Positions 18,400 through 28,887 of a stretch of 64,000 nucleotides of DNA are shown one piece after another. A model generated the notes under the pieces. It made no database searches, was not told where the DNA came from, and saw only the letters and a program-made list of their open reading frames with translations. Numbering within the stretch: the first letter of the stretch is position 1; each line of letters starts with the position of its first letter. A program made the position numbers and the translations under genes. Source of the stretch: Clostridia bacterium (GTDB lineage Bacteria > Bacillota > Clostridia > HGM11514); contig JAZNAU010000009.1 in the NCBI GenBank assembly GCA_045586685.1, forward strand, positions 38,635 to 102,634. Direction: 5' to 3'.

Positions 18400-18957
18400 T
18401 TAATTATACCGATTCATTGCCCTTTCTACATCCTTCAGCATCATTTCCACCGCATCACACACTGTAGGAACGAGGGAAATCATAATTTTCAATTCTTCTT
18501 TCGAGAAAGTTCCCAAGACATGGTCAGCTAAATCCATTTCTTTATGCTCCGGTGCTCCTACACCGATTTTCAGGCGCGGAAATTCATCTGATTGAAGCTG
18601 ATAGATAATGGATTTAATACCATTATGCCCTCCTGCACTGCCTTTCTGTCGTATTCGCAATTTCCCCAGTTCCAGAGATATATCGTCAAACAAAATAATG
18701 ATATCTGACGGAGAACAATCATACTTTTTACAAAGCGAAAGTACACTTTCACCGCTCAAATTCATAAACGTCTGAGGTTTTGCCAGCAAAACCTCTTGAC
18801 CGGAAATTCTGCCAACACCGGTCAGCGCACGACATTCCAATTTCTTTATTTTAATATGATGCTTTTTTGCCAGACAATCCACATAAGAAAATCCTACATT
18901 GTGTCTGGTATCATCATATTTACTGCCCGGATTTCCCAGACCTACAATAATTTTCAT
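18400..18957 (-). CDS. pth: Peptidyl-tRNA hydrolase
   Basis: GLGNPG, TRHNVGF, KPQTFMN and GGHNG motifs. Confidence 0.97.
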   Translation of the reverse strand: MKIIVGLGNPGSKYDDTRHNVGFSYVDCLAKKHHIKIKKLECRALTGVGRISGQEVLLAKPQTFMNLSGESVLSLCKKYDCSPSDIIILFDDISLELGKLRIRQKGSAGGHNGIKSIIYQLQSDEFPRLKIGVGAPEHKEMDLADHVLGTFSKEELKIMISLVPTVCDAVEMMLKDVERAMNRYN

Positions 18958-19050
18958 CCAAAACCCTCCTTTTTCGACAAATGTCTTTACGACACCATAC
19001 CCCGTCTGATATTCAGACGGGGTATCGACAATTTATCAAAATAACAATGT

Positions 19051-20007
19051 TTAACTGAATAATGTGCTGACTGACAAATCCTCGTAAATTCTTTCGATTG
19101 CTTCTGCAAAAATAGGTGCAACGGAAAGAATTTTAATTTTGTCAATACACTTTTCTTTCGGCAGACAAATGGTATCCAGACAAACCAACTCCTCAATGGG
19201 AGATTCGGAAATCCGCTCAATAGCAGGTCCGGACAATACACCGTGAGTACAGCAAGCATATATATTAGAAGCGCCTCTTTCCTTCAACGCATGAGCTGCA
19301 TTGCAAATGGTTCCTGCAGTATCAATCATATCGTCAACCAGAATGGCTTTCTTTCCTTTTACATCGCCGATGATATTCATAATTTCACTTACATTTATCT
19401 TTGTTCTTCTCTTATCAATAATTGCCATAGGAAGCTCAAGACGTTCTGCAAAGCCTCTTGCTCTGGTTACACTTCCTAAATCAGGGGAAACAATAATACA
19501 GTTTTCCTTATCATCAACAAATTTTTTGTTATAATAAGGTGCCAGAATCGGCATTCCCAGCAAATGATCCACAGGAACATTGAAGAATCCCTGAATCTGG
19601 CTGGCATGCAAATCCATCGTCAGCACGCGGTCAGCGCCTGCAGTTGCAATCAGATCAGCAACCAGTTTTGCAGAAATCGGGTCTCTTGCCTTTGCTTTTC
19701 TGTCCTGACGGGCATATCCGAAATAAGGAATCACCGCAGTAATTCTACCGGCTGATGCTCTTCTGAAAGCGTCAATCATGATTAAGAGTTCCATCAAATT
19801 ATCATTCACCGGTTCACAGGTGGATTGAACAACAAATACATCTGCACCGCGGACGGTTTCACCAATGTTTACATAAACTTCGCCATCGCTGAATCTTCCT
19901 ACCTTGGCAGTTCCCAGAGGAACTCCTACAATATTGGCAATGGATTTTGCCAAAGAAGGATTGGAATTTGCTGAAAAAACCTTGATTGATCTGCTGTGTG
20001 GTATCAT
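19051..20007 (-). CDS. prs: Ribose-phosphate pyrophosphokinase
   Basis: [23 protein letters not shown] and DDMIDTAGT motifs. Confidence 0.97.
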   Translation of the reverse strand: MIPHSRSIKVFSANSNPSLAKSIANIVGVPLGTAKVGRFSDGEVYVNIGETVRGADVFVVQSTCEPVNDNLMELLIMIDAFRRASAGRITAVIPYFGYARQDRKAKARDPISAKLVADLIATAGADRVLTMDLHASQIQGFFNVPVDHLLGMPILAPYYNKKFVDDKENCIIVSPDLGSVTRARGFAERLELPMAIIDKRRTKINVSEIMNIIGDVKGKKAILVDDMIDTAGTICNAAHALKERGASNIYACCTHGVLSGPAIERISESPIEELVCLDTICLPKEKCIDKIKILSVAPIFAEAIERIYEDLSVSTLFS

Positions 20008-20211
20008 TTCGAATTTTCTCCTTTCGGTTGGATGACCAACCTTATATATTTGTTTGTCTTTCGTCTTCGTTTGACACAGTTTCCTTATAATATCACCATA
20101 TATGTATTCTTATATATCTATTATATCAAAAATTTTCCGAAATGCCAAGTAGGAAAATACAACAACAATCCGATTATTTTTTTCATTCTATCGTTGATAC
20201 TGCATAAAGTG

Positions 20212-20244
20212 AAAAAGACACGGGAATGGTTTCCGGTGTCTTTT
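20212..20244 (-). terminator. Terminator after spoVG
   Basis: AAAAGACAC.GGAA...TTCC.GTGTCTTTT stem. Confidence 0.65.
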
Positions 20245-20258
20245 CGATTCAGATTCAT

Positions 20259-20543
20259 TTATTCCTCGGCTGCGATATCCGCAGATTCAGCCAAAGTTGC
20301 TTCATACTTTTCTAAGATAACGCCCTGCAGCATATCACGCATCTGCGCATTGATAGGATGAGCAATGTCTTTAAATTCTCCATCCGGCGTTTTACGGCTT
20401 GGCATAGCAATAAACAGCTTATCCTGTCCTTCTATTACCTTAATGTCATGAACAACAAAAGCGTCATCAAAGGTAACAGATACTACAGCCTTCATCTTGC
20501 CCTCAGTATTCAGCTTACGAATTCTGATGTCTGTAATTTGCAT
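20259..20543 (-). CDS. spoVG: Septation regulator SpoVG
   Basis: [21 protein letters not shown] and DIAHPI motifs. Confidence 0.97.
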   Translation of the reverse strand: MQITDIRIRKLNTEGKMKAVVSVTFDDAFVVHDIKVIEGQDKLFIAMPSRKTPDGEFKDIAHPINAQMRDMLQGVILEKYEATLAESADIAAEE

Positions 20544-20809
20544 AACGGTTCCTCCTCTGTAGGATTTTCTATCTTGGACAAAAAATCACGTCCGGATGCC
20601 GCATCTTTGTAGTCAAAATTAACCCCTATATACTATTATACACAAAATTTTGAAAAAGTAAATGGTTTTTTTGGTTTTTTTTCATAGCTAAATGTGAAAA
20701 AAATACTTGCTATTTTTGGTTAAATTGTATAAAATAATATGTATGAACTATTTTTTCTCTAAATTTTCATGAATATTTTTTATTTTTATACATAGAAAGG
20801 ATGATTGGT

Positions 20810-22141
20810 ATGAATTTTATGCAAAAAGGATGTCATGTTCATTTTGTGGGTATTGGCGGAATCAGCATGAGTGCATTGGCAAATATTTTAAAAAGCAATC
20901 AAGTAAAGGTAACGGGCTCTGACATTTCCGAGTCTGATATGGTCAAGAAGTTAAAGAAAAGCGGAATCAGTGTAGACGTCCCCCATCAGATAAACGAAAT
21001 AAAAAATGCGGATTTGGTTGTCTATACCGCAGCCATCGCAAAAGACAACTGCGAACTTCTCTATGCAAAAGAACAAAAGATTCCCTGCTGGGAACGACCT
21101 GTCATGCTTGGTAAAATCATGGCACATTATCCGATTTCTATGGGTGTGTCCGGTACTCACGGCAAAACCACTGTGACCAGTATGCTGTCCCACATTCTGT
21201 TACGGGCTGAACTTGACCCTACCTTGCTGGTGGGCGGAGAGTTGCCGGACATCGATGGCAATCTAAAGATAGGACAAAGTGATTATTTTGTCACGGAAGC
21301 CTGTGAATATGTAGATAGCTTTCTGAATTTTTATCCCACAATCTCCTTTATTTTAAATATTGAAGAGGATCATCTGGATTATTTCTCCGGTCTTGAACAG
21401 ATTAAACAATCTTTTCGTCAGTATGCAAAGCAAACCACCGGTACGGTCATTGCTTGCGGAGAGGATGAAAATATTCAATCTGCCCTTGAAGGAATCCCCT
21501 TTGTCTCCTTTGGTGCCGGATGTGATTATGAAGCCAGAAATATTAAAACCGGAGACAAAACTGACTATACACTCTATCGCAAAGGAAATCCGGTATGTCC
21601 TGTTTCCCTGTCTGTTCCAGGAATACACAATGTAAATAATTCTTTAGCGGCATTGGCGGGAGCTGATGTGTTAGGAATCCCCTTAGAGGAAGCTGCATCC
21701 TATTTAGAAGATTTTACCGGCGCAAAACGTCGCTTTGAATACAAGGGTAGCAAAAACGGAATTGATGTGTACGACGATTATGCTCATCATCCCACAGAAA
21801 TTGAGGCAACCTTAAAAGCACTCAAACAAAAAAACTATAATACGATATGGTGTATCTTTCAACCTCACACCTATACCAGAACAAAAGCATTGTTTCAAGA
21901 GTTCATCACGGCTCTTTCTAAAGCAGAAAAATTGATTCTTACGGATATTTACGCTGCAAGAGAGCCGGATACAGGTCTGGTCCATTCTGCCCAGTTGGCA
22001 GAACAAATTCCCGGTGCAGTTTACCTTTCTACATTTTCGGAAGTAAAGGAATATCTGGAACAAAATGCAAAGCCGGGGGATATGATTATGACCATTGGCG
22101 CAGGTACCGTCTATCAGGCGGGGGAATTGTTTTTAAAATAG
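20810..22141 (+). CDS. murC: UDP-N-acetylmuramate--L-alanine ligase
   Basis: GIGGISMS, GTHGKTT, DDYAHHPTEI and FQPHTYTRT motifs. Confidence 0.96.
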   Translation: MNFMQKGCHVHFVGIGGISMSALANILKSNQVKVTGSDISESDMVKKLKKSGISVDVPHQINEIKNADLVVYTAAIAKDNCELLYAKEQKIPCWERPVMLGKIMAHYPISMGVSGTHGKTTVTSMLSHILLRAELDPTLLVGGELPDIDGNLKIGQSDYFVTEACEYVDSFLNFYPTISFILNIEEDHLDYFSGLEQIKQSFRQYAKQTTGTVIACGEDENIQSALEGIPFVSFGAGCDYEARNIKTGDKTDYTLYRKGNPVCPVSLSVPGIHNVNNSLAALAGADVLGIPLEEAASYLEDFTGAKRRFEYKGSKNGIDVYDDYAHHPTEIEATLKALKQKNYNTIWCIFQPHTYTRTKALFQEFITALSKAEKLILTDIYAAREPDTGLVHSAQLAEQIPGAVYLSTFSEVKEYLEQNAKPGDMIMTIGAGTVYQAGELFLK

Positions 22142-22143
22142 TC

Positions 22144-22170
22144 ACCTTTTCCAACTCTGTTCATATTATA
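22144..22170 (+). promoter_or_regulatory. Putative sigma-K promoter
   Basis: AC-N16-CATAnnnTA upstream of a small Cys-rich ORF. Confidence 0.45.
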
Positions 22171-22218
22171 ATAGTGAACATCCTTTTGATGTATCACTAT
22201 TACAAAGGAGAATCTGTT

Positions 22219-22371
22219 ATGTGTTGCCGCAGAAGAAACCATCTCACTTTTGACTGTGAACAGTGGAAGCAAAGCCGAAGAACAACGCCCCCTATGGACG
22301 TTTTTAACGGACAAAATCAAAACAATCATTGCGGTTGCAATAACAACTGCAGATGCGGTTGTTGTTGTTAA
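22219..22371 (+). CDS. 50-aa Cys/Asn-rich small protein, possibly spore-coat associated
   Basis: AAAGGAG RBS, ATG 22219, own terminator; MCCRRR...HCGCNNNCRCGCCC. Confidence 0.7.
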   Translation: MCCRRRNHLTFDCEQWKQSRRTTPPMDVFNGQNQNNHCGCNNNCRCGCCC

Positions 22372-22375
22372 TTGC

Positions 22376-22410
22376 AAAAAATCCCTCGAAGTTTTTTCGA
22401 GGGATTTTTT
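22376..22410. terminator. Bidirectional terminator
   Basis: AAAAATCCCTCGAA...TTCGAGGGATTTTTT. Confidence 0.85.
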
Positions 22411-22492
22411 AGGTAAAATCAACATCTGTCAAAGCCCGTTTCGTTGCTGACACACATCCGCTTTTTTGGACGAAAAGCCATAAGAAAACGCA

Positions 22493-22924
22493 TCAATCTC
22501 TGTTTGTTCGCTCTGTTGTAAGTGTGTTGTTCTTTCTAAAAATAATTTTACTTGCAATATAATTTAATAATATTACCAGGATATTCACCAGCAGCTTCAT
22601 CATTCTCGCTTCGTAATGCAACAAATCCACTGTAATATACATAACCAGCAGATCCATTAACCCCGTAGCACCCCGGCATCCGGTAAAGGATACAAATTCT
22701 CTGACTGTTAATTTTAAATTCCAATCCTTGCTTTCAAACACATACCTTTTATTGGTCGCAAAAGCAAACAGAACGGCACCCGCCCAGGCAAGCACATTAC
22801 TGATAATAGTTCCTGCCTCTAACTTATAATAAAGCCATTCAAACAAAATGAGATTTACCATGGTTGTGCCTACGCCAAACAGCATGTATAAAAGCAGCAT
22901 TTTTATTTTTTTACGATTCATCAT
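22493..22924 (-). CDS. GtrA-family membrane protein
   Basis: YMLFGVGTT.VN, FATNKRYVF and NYIASKIIF motifs; 4 TM segments. Confidence 0.85.
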   Translation of the reverse strand: MMNRKKIKMLLLYMLFGVGTTMVNLILFEWLYYKLEAGTIISNVLAWAGAVLFAFATNKRYVFESKDWNLKLTVREFVSFTGCRGATGLMDLLVMYITVDLLHYEARMMKLLVNILVILLNYIASKIIFRKNNTLTTERTNRD

Positions 22925-22925
22925 A

Positions 22926-23942
22926 TCACAAATCCAATTTTAAATCATTTTGTCTGATCCATTTTACCTTACGCAAAGGATAAGCAATAATGGGAGTGAG
23001 TACAGCGGGAAGAACAAAACAAATTAACACCATACCAATCATACTGAACAAGTCGGTATGACCTGCCGCCAGAACACCGATGGGTCCCACCAGACCGCAG
23101 GTTCCCATACCGGAGGCAACTGCAATTCCGTTTTCCATTTTAAATAGGCAAGTTGCCATAGGTCCTGTAATGGCAGAAACCAAAATGGGCGGAATCCAGA
23201 TACGGGGATTCCTCATAATATTCCCCATTTGAAGCATAGACGTACCCAACCCTTGGGCAATAATGCCGCCAAATCCATTTTCTTTAAAGCTCATTACCGC
23301 AAAGCCCACCATCTGTGCACAACAGCCCGCCGTCGCCGCACCGCCTGCTAAGCCCACTAATCCCAGAGAGGCACAAATGGCTGCAGAGCTTATGGGAAGA
23401 GTTAATGCAATACCCACCAGCACAGAAACCAAAATTCCCATTAACAACGGCTGTAATTCTGTACAGGTCATAATTAAATTTCCTGCAGCAGTCATAATTT
23501 TGGCAATCCAAGGACCTGTCAGCAGACTCATTGCCGTACCGGATGCAATCACCACAGTAGGAGTAACAATAATATCAATCTTCGTTGTTTTATAAAACAG
23601 TTTTCCAAGTTCCGTTGCAACAACTACTGCACAAAACACCCCAAGGGGGCCTCCTAAAGAATTGGCTCCGTACCCTACCGCGCACATGGAAAGAAGAACC
23701 AACGGAGGTGCTTCCAAAGCAGAGGCAACCGCGATTGCCATTGCAGGGCCCTGTGCTGCAACTGCATATTCCTTCATGGTTGCAAAAAACTCGATTCCTG
23801 TTTTGTCATAAATGGTTCCGAATATGGTACCTATCAACAACGAGGCAAATAACCCCATTGCCATTGCACCCAATGCATCAATAAAATAACGTTTAAAAGA
23901 AATTTCGATTTTCTTTTGTTTTAAAAATCCTGCCATATTCAT
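22926..23942 (-). CDS. PTS EIIC-like (EIIC_2) membrane protein
   Basis: MAMGLFASLLIG, LPISSAA, QGLGTSMLQ and GMGTCGLVGP motifs. Confidence 0.8.
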   Translation of the reverse strand: MNMAGFLKQKKIEISFKRYFIDALGAMAMGLFASLLIGTIFGTIYDKTGIEFFATMKEYAVAAQGPAMAIAVASALEAPPLVLLSMCAVGYGANSLGGPLGVFCAVVVATELGKLFYKTTKIDIIVTPTVVIASGTAMSLLTGPWIAKIMTAAGNLIMTCTELQPLLMGILVSVLVGIALTLPISSAAICASLGLVGLAGGAATAGCCAQMVGFAVMSFKENGFGGIIAQGLGTSMLQMGNIMRNPRIWIPPILVSAITGPMATCLFKMENGIAVASGMGTCGLVGPIGVLAAGHTDLFSMIGMVLICFVLPAVLTPIIAYPLRKVKWIRQNDLKLDL

Positions 23943-24120
23943 TCAATCCTTTCATGTAAAATTTCTTTTTACTTATTATATTACATCTTACATAAAATTT
24001 CAAGTATTTCCTTTATTTTTTATAAAAAATAAAGATCTTTTTGCCTTTCTTAAAACATTGACATTGATTTTGGAATGTGATATACTAATATGTAAGAATC
24101 CAAGAAAGGACACCTTTCTT

Positions 24121-24762
24121 ATGAACAAAAAACAAAAATTTATTGCGGAGATTCGTCCTATTCTGGAGCAAGCCTATCCGGATTCTTGCTGTTCTCTGAA
24201 TTTTGAGACAGCCCACGAGCTTTTGATTGCCACTCAGTTAGCAGCTCAATGTACCGATGCACGGGTCAATCTTGTTACCCCCGCCCTGTTCGAACGATAT
24301 CCTACCATAGATGCTTTTGCAGAAGCAGACCAAAGCGAACTGGAAGGATACATTCATTCTACAGGATTTTTTCGGAACAAAGCAAAAAACATTATCGGAT
24401 GCTGTCAAATGCTTCGTGATGAATTTGGCGGTACTGTTCCCGACTCCATGGAAGAACTGACCAGACTTCCCGGCGTAGGCCGAAAAACTGCCAATATCAT
24501 TTTGGGTGATGTGTACGGTTTGCCCTCGGTTGTGGTGGATACTCACTGCATCCGTCTTTCCAACAGAATGGGTCTTACCAAACAAAAAGATCCGGTTAAA
24601 ATTGAAATGGAACTGAGACAGATTATTCCGCAAGACTATCAAACAAATTTTTGCCATACTCTGGTTTTTCATGGCCGTGCTTTTTGTAAAGCACAGCGCC
24701 CTGATTGCGAGCATTGCCCTATCAATGCTCTTTGTCCCAAGATTATAGCAAAAAAGAAATAA
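24121..24762 (+). CDS. nth: Endonuclease III
   Basis: LPGVGRKTAN HhH, VDTH and C-x6-C-x2-C-x5-C FeS motif; ATG 24121 after AAAGGA. Confidence 0.96.
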   Translation: MNKKQKFIAEIRPILEQAYPDSCCSLNFETAHELLIATQLAAQCTDARVNLVTPALFERYPTIDAFAEADQSELEGYIHSTGFFRNKAKNIIGCCQMLRDEFGGTVPDSMEELTRLPGVGRKTANIILGDVYGLPSVVVDTHCIRLSNRMGLTKQKDPVKIEMELRQIIPQDYQTNFCHTLVFHGRAFCKAQRPDCEHCPINALCPKIIAKKK

Positions 24763-24796
24763 TTGACAATCCAATGAAGAAAGGAAATAATGAAGA

Positions 24797-26515
24797 ATGA
24801 AACAGATTTTATTGGGAAACCAAGCTGTGGCAAGAGGATTTTACGAAGCCGGTGCAACGGTGGTTTCATCCTATCCCGGAACCCCTAGCACGGAAGTAAC
24901 GGAATTTGCCGCATTGTATGATGAAATTTATGCAGAATGGGCACCAAACGAAAAGGTTGCAGTTGAAACCGCCATTGGTGCGTCGGTAGCAGGAGCGAGA
25001 GCTGCTGCCTGTATGAAGCACGTTGGCTTAAATGTTGCGGCTGACCCTGTGTTTACGGCATCCTATACAGGAACCAACGGCGGATTAGTCCTTGTTGTGG
25101 CAGATGACCCGGGAATGCATTCCAGCCAGAACGAACAGGATACCAGACGAATATGCATAGCAGCCAAACTTCCCGTGCTGGAGCCCTCTGACAGTACAGA
25201 ATGTAAAGAATTTACCAAATTAGCATTTAAACTTTCCGAAGAATACGACACTCCTGTTATATTACGATTATGTACAAGAGTGGCACACTCACAAAGCTTG
25301 GTAGAGCTTTGTGAGCCGGAAGCGTTTGACAAAAAAGAATATGTAAAAAATGCGGGGAAATATGTGATGATGCCGGCTATGGCAAAGGTTCGTCATCCTT
25401 TGGTAGAAAAGCGGATGAAGGATTTGGCAATCTTGGCAGAAACCGCAGATTTTAATCGAGAAGAAAAGGGAAACGGAAAAATCGGTGTCATTACCTCTTG
25501 TACCTCTTATCAGTATGTGAAAGAAGCCTTGCCCGATGCAGGTGTTTTGAAACTTGGCATGACCTACCCGCTGCCTGAGGAAAAAATTAAAAATTTCTGC
25601 AAGCAATATGAAACAGTCTATGTGATTGAAGAATTAGAGCCTGTGACGGAAGAATTTTGCCGTCAGTTAGGGTTAAAAGTGATCGGGAAAGACAAATTCC
25701 CCATGGAAGGAGAATACAATACCGAGCTGATTCGCTCCGTAGTAGCAGGAGAACAGGCAACCACCTTTACCATTGATGAAGCTTTGCCCGTTCGTCCTCC
25801 CGTTTTGTGTGCGGGATGCCCTCACAGAGGAGTCCACTACACCCTGAAAAAATTGGGCGTTCGTGTAACGGGTGATATCGGATGTTACACCTTAGGTGCT
25901 CTTGCTCCCATGCAAAGTCTTGATACTTGCGTCTGTATGGGTGCCAGCATTGGTATGATGCACGGAATGGAAAAGGCGGACACCGCCTCTGCAGAAAAAA
26001 CCGTAGCTATTTTGGGAGACTCTACCTTTGTTCACAGCGGTATTACCGGTCTTGTAAATCTGGTTTACAATCAGTCTACCGGAACAGTCATCATTTTGGA
26101 TAACTCCATTACCGGCATGACAGGTCATCAGCAAAATCCCACCACCGGTCAGACGTTAAAGGGCGACCAGACCACTGCAATCAATTTAGAAGCTCTTTGT
26201 AAGTCCTTAGGCATCAATCGTGTAAGAGTGGAAGATCCCTTTGATTTAAAAGGATTGGAGCAGGCAATCAAGGAAGAACTGAATGCCCGTGAACCTTCTG
26301 TAATTATTACAAGAAGACCTTGTGCACTGCTGAAAAACGTCACATTCCCCGGTCCTGTTTCCATTCACGAAACAAAATGCGTAAACTGCAAGATGTGTAT
26401 GAAAATCGGCTGTCCTGCCATTTCTTTAAAGAACGGCAGACCCGTCATAGACCAGACAGTATGTAACGGTTGCGGACTGTGTAAGCAGGTTTGCAAACCC
26501 GGTGCCATTGGATAA
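24797..26515 (+). CDS. iorA: Indolepyruvate:ferredoxin oxidoreductase alpha subunit
   Basis: YPGTPSTE, MKHVGLNVA, SSQNEQD, CAGCPH, GDIGC motifs and C-terminal 2x[4Fe-4S]. Confidence 0.93.
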   Translation: MKQILLGNQAVARGFYEAGATVVSSYPGTPSTEVTEFAALYDEIYAEWAPNEKVAVETAIGASVAGARAAACMKHVGLNVAADPVFTASYTGTNGGLVLVVADDPGMHSSQNEQDTRRICIAAKLPVLEPSDSTECKEFTKLAFKLSEEYDTPVILRLCTRVAHSQSLVELCEPEAFDKKEYVKNAGKYVMMPAMAKVRHPLVEKRMKDLAILAETADFNREEKGNGKIGVITSCTSYQYVKEALPDAGVLKLGMTYPLPEEKIKNFCKQYETVYVIEELEPVTEEFCRQLGLKVIGKDKFPMEGEYNTELIRSVVAGEQATTFTIDEALPVRPPVLCAGCPHRGVHYTLKKLGVRVTGDIGCYTLGALAPMQSLDTCVCMGASIGMMHGMEKADTASAEKTVAILGDSTFVHSGITGLVNLVYNQSTGTVIILDNSITGMTGHQQNPTTGQTLKGDQTTAINLEALCKSLGINRVRVEDPFDLKGLEQAIKEELNAREPSVIITRRPCALLKNVTFPGPVSIHETKCVNCKMCMKIGCPAISLKNGRPVIDQTVCNGCGLCKQVCKPGAIG

Positions 26516-26533
26516 GAAAGGATTGAAGCAACT

Positions 26534-27100
26534 ATGAATATAATGATTGTTGGTGTTGGCGGTCAGGGAACCCTGCTTGCCAGCAGAATATTAGGACAGA
26601 CAGCGGTTTCGGCAGGATATGATGTGAAGGTGTCTGAGGTACACGGTATGTCTCAAAGAGGTGGCAGTGTTGTGACCTTTGTCCGTTACGGAAACAAAGT
26701 TCACTCTCCCATTGTGGAAAAAGGGTCAGCTGATGTGATTCTTGCCTTTGAAGAGCTGGAAGCATACCGCTGGATTAAATATTTAAAGCCGGAGGGAACG
26801 CTGATTGTCAATACACAGCAAAAAGACCCCATGCCCGTTATCACGGGAGCAATGGAATATCCCAAAAATATTTTGGATACATTACAACAAAAAGGAATAA
26901 AAACCGTTACGGTAAATGCCTTGGAAAAAGCAATGGAAGCAGGAACCGCTAAAGCTACCAACGTGGTGCTGATGGGTGTATTTGCAGCACACAGCCCTAT
27001 CAAACGGGAGCAGTTTGAAGAAGCATTAAAAACAACTGTACCACCTAAATTTTTAGAAGTAAACCAAAAGGCATTTGCCTTAGGATATGACTTAAACTAA
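26534..27100 (+). CDS. iorB: Indolepyruvate oxidoreductase beta subunit
   Basis: GVGGQG and SEVHGMSQRGGSV motifs. Confidence 0.93.
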   Translation: MNIMIVGVGGQGTLLASRILGQTAVSAGYDVKVSEVHGMSQRGGSVVTFVRYGNKVHSPIVEKGSADVILAFEELEAYRWIKYLKPEGTLIVNTQQKDPMPVITGAMEYPKNILDTLQQKGIKTVTVNALEKAMEAGTAKATNVVLMGVFAAHSPIKREQFEEALKTTVPPKFLEVNQKAFALGYDLN

Positions 27101-27116
27101 GAAAGAAGGAAAAAAT

Positions 27117-28424
27117 ATGGCAAATTATTATCAACCGGAGATTGAATGTGCCTCTCCGGAGAAAATTAAGGCACTGCAGGATGAACGCTTGGTAAAACAA
27201 GTAAAACATGTCTACGAAAATGTTCCTTATTATAAAAAACTTATGGACGAAAAGGGATTGACCCCAAACGACATTAAATCCACTGCTGACTTACATAAAC
27301 TTCCCTTTCTGACCAAAAACGATTTAAGAGAAGCGTATCCCTACGGATTGCTGGCAAAACCTCTTTCCGAGTGTGTCAGAATCCAGTCCACAAGCGGTAC
27401 TACTGGAAAACGTGTTGTTGCTTTTTATACCCAGCACGATATTGACCTCTGGGAAGACTGCTGTGCCCGTGCGATTATGGCTGTTGGCGGTACAAAGGAC
27501 GATGTATGTCATGTCAGCTACGGATACGGTTTGTTTACAGGTGGTCCCGGCTTAAACGGTGGTTCTCATAAGGTAGGATGTCTGACTCTGCCCATGTCTT
27601 CCGGTAACACAGAACGGCAGATTCAATTTATGAGAGATTTAGGTTCCACCATTCTTTGCTGTACCCCTTCTTATGCAGCCTATATCGGTGAAACATTGCA
27701 TGATATGGGTCTGACCCCGAATGACATAAAATTAAAAGCAGGAATTTTTGGTGCAGAACCATGGACGGAAGAAATGCGCCGTGATATTGAACGTTCTTTA
27801 GGGATCAAGGCTTACGATATTTATGGTCTTACCGAAACAAGCGGTCCAGGTGTTTCTTTTGAATGTGAAGAACAAACAGGAATGCACATTAACGAAGACC
27901 ACTTTATAGCAGAAATCATTGATCCTGACACAGGTGAGGTTCTCCCTGAAGGGGAAAAGGGTGAACTGGTATTCACCAGCATTACCAAAGAAGCATTTCC
28001 TTTGCTTCGTTACCGTACCCGTGACATCTGCGTACTGTCCCGCAAAAAATGTTCCTGTGGCAGAACCTTTGTTAAAATGGCCAAGCCCATGGGCAGAAGT
28101 GACGATATGCTGATTATTCGCGGGGTTAATGTATTTCCATCCCAGATTGAAACGGTTCTTTTGGAACAGGGATATTCCCCCAATTACCGCATTGAGGTTG
28201 ACCGTGTGAACAATACTGATACCTTAGACGTATTTGTAGAGCTGACCTCTGACCAGTTCTCCGATACCGTAAAGGATTTGGCGAAGAAAGAAAAACAACT
28301 GGCAGATGCCGTCAAGACCATGCTGGGCATCAATCCGAAAATGCATCTGGTACCGCCCAAAAGCATTGTAAGAAGTGAAGGAAAAGCAGTTCGCGTCATT
28401 GACAAACGCAAACTTCATGATTGA
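27117..28424 (+). CDS. paaK: Phenylacetate--CoA ligase
   Basis: STSGTTG, YGYGLFTGG, YGLTE, RYRTRD and GRSDDMLIIRGVN motifs. Confidence 0.92.
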   Translation: MANYYQPEIECASPEKIKALQDERLVKQVKHVYENVPYYKKLMDEKGLTPNDIKSTADLHKLPFLTKNDLREAYPYGLLAKPLSECVRIQSTSGTTGKRVVAFYTQHDIDLWEDCCARAIMAVGGTKDDVCHVSYGYGLFTGGPGLNGGSHKVGCLTLPMSSGNTERQIQFMRDLGSTILCCTPSYAAYIGETLHDMGLTPNDIKLKAGIFGAEPWTEEMRRDIERSLGIKAYDIYGLTETSGPGVSFECEEQTGMHINEDHFIAEIIDPDTGEVLPEGEKGELVFTSITKEAFPLLRYRTRDICVLSRKKCSCGRTFVKMAKPMGRSDDMLIIRGVNVFPSQIETVLLEQGYSPNYRIEVDRVNNTDTLDVFVELTSDQFSDTVKDLAKKEKQLADAVKTMLGINPKMHLVPPKSIVRSEGKAVRVIDKRKLHD

Positions 28425-28448
28425 TTAAGAGGGAAAGGTGGAACGAAG

Positions 28449-28874
28449 ATGACAGTTACACAAATTTCAATTTTTTTGGAAAATAAAATGGGCCAGTTGG
28501 CAGAAGCAACCACATGGCTGGCAGAAAAAAAGGTAAACTTACGGGCAGTATCCATTGCTGATTCTCAGGACTTTGGTATTTTAAGAATTATTGCTGAGCA
28601 TCCGGACAATTTGTTGTCTGACCTAAACGAGGAAGGGTATACTGCGATTGCAACCCAAGTGCTTGCCGTTGCCATTCCCGATCATCCCGGTGCAATGGCA
28701 AAAATTCTTTCTGTTCTGTCTAATGAAACGGTGGATGTGGAATACACTTACGCATTCCTGTCCAGAAAGGAACAGGAAGCAACCATGATTTTCCGTGTGA
28801 ATGATAACGAGCTTGCAAAAAATGCCCTTCTCAAAGCGGGAATTAAGGTGTTGCAACAAAAAGAACTATTTTAA
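28449..28874 (+). CDS. Tandem ACT-domain amino-acid-binding protein
   Basis: QISIFLENK.G, FGILR and VEYTYAF motifs; usual partner of paaK. Confidence 0.88.
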   Translation: MTVTQISIFLENKMGQLAEATTWLAEKKVNLRAVSIADSQDFGILRIIAEHPDNLLSDLNEEGYTAIATQVLAVAIPDHPGAMAKILSVLSNETVDVEYTYAFLSRKEQEATMIFRVNDNELAKNALLKAGIKVLQQKELF

Positions 28875-28887
28875 ACCATTAGTAATG

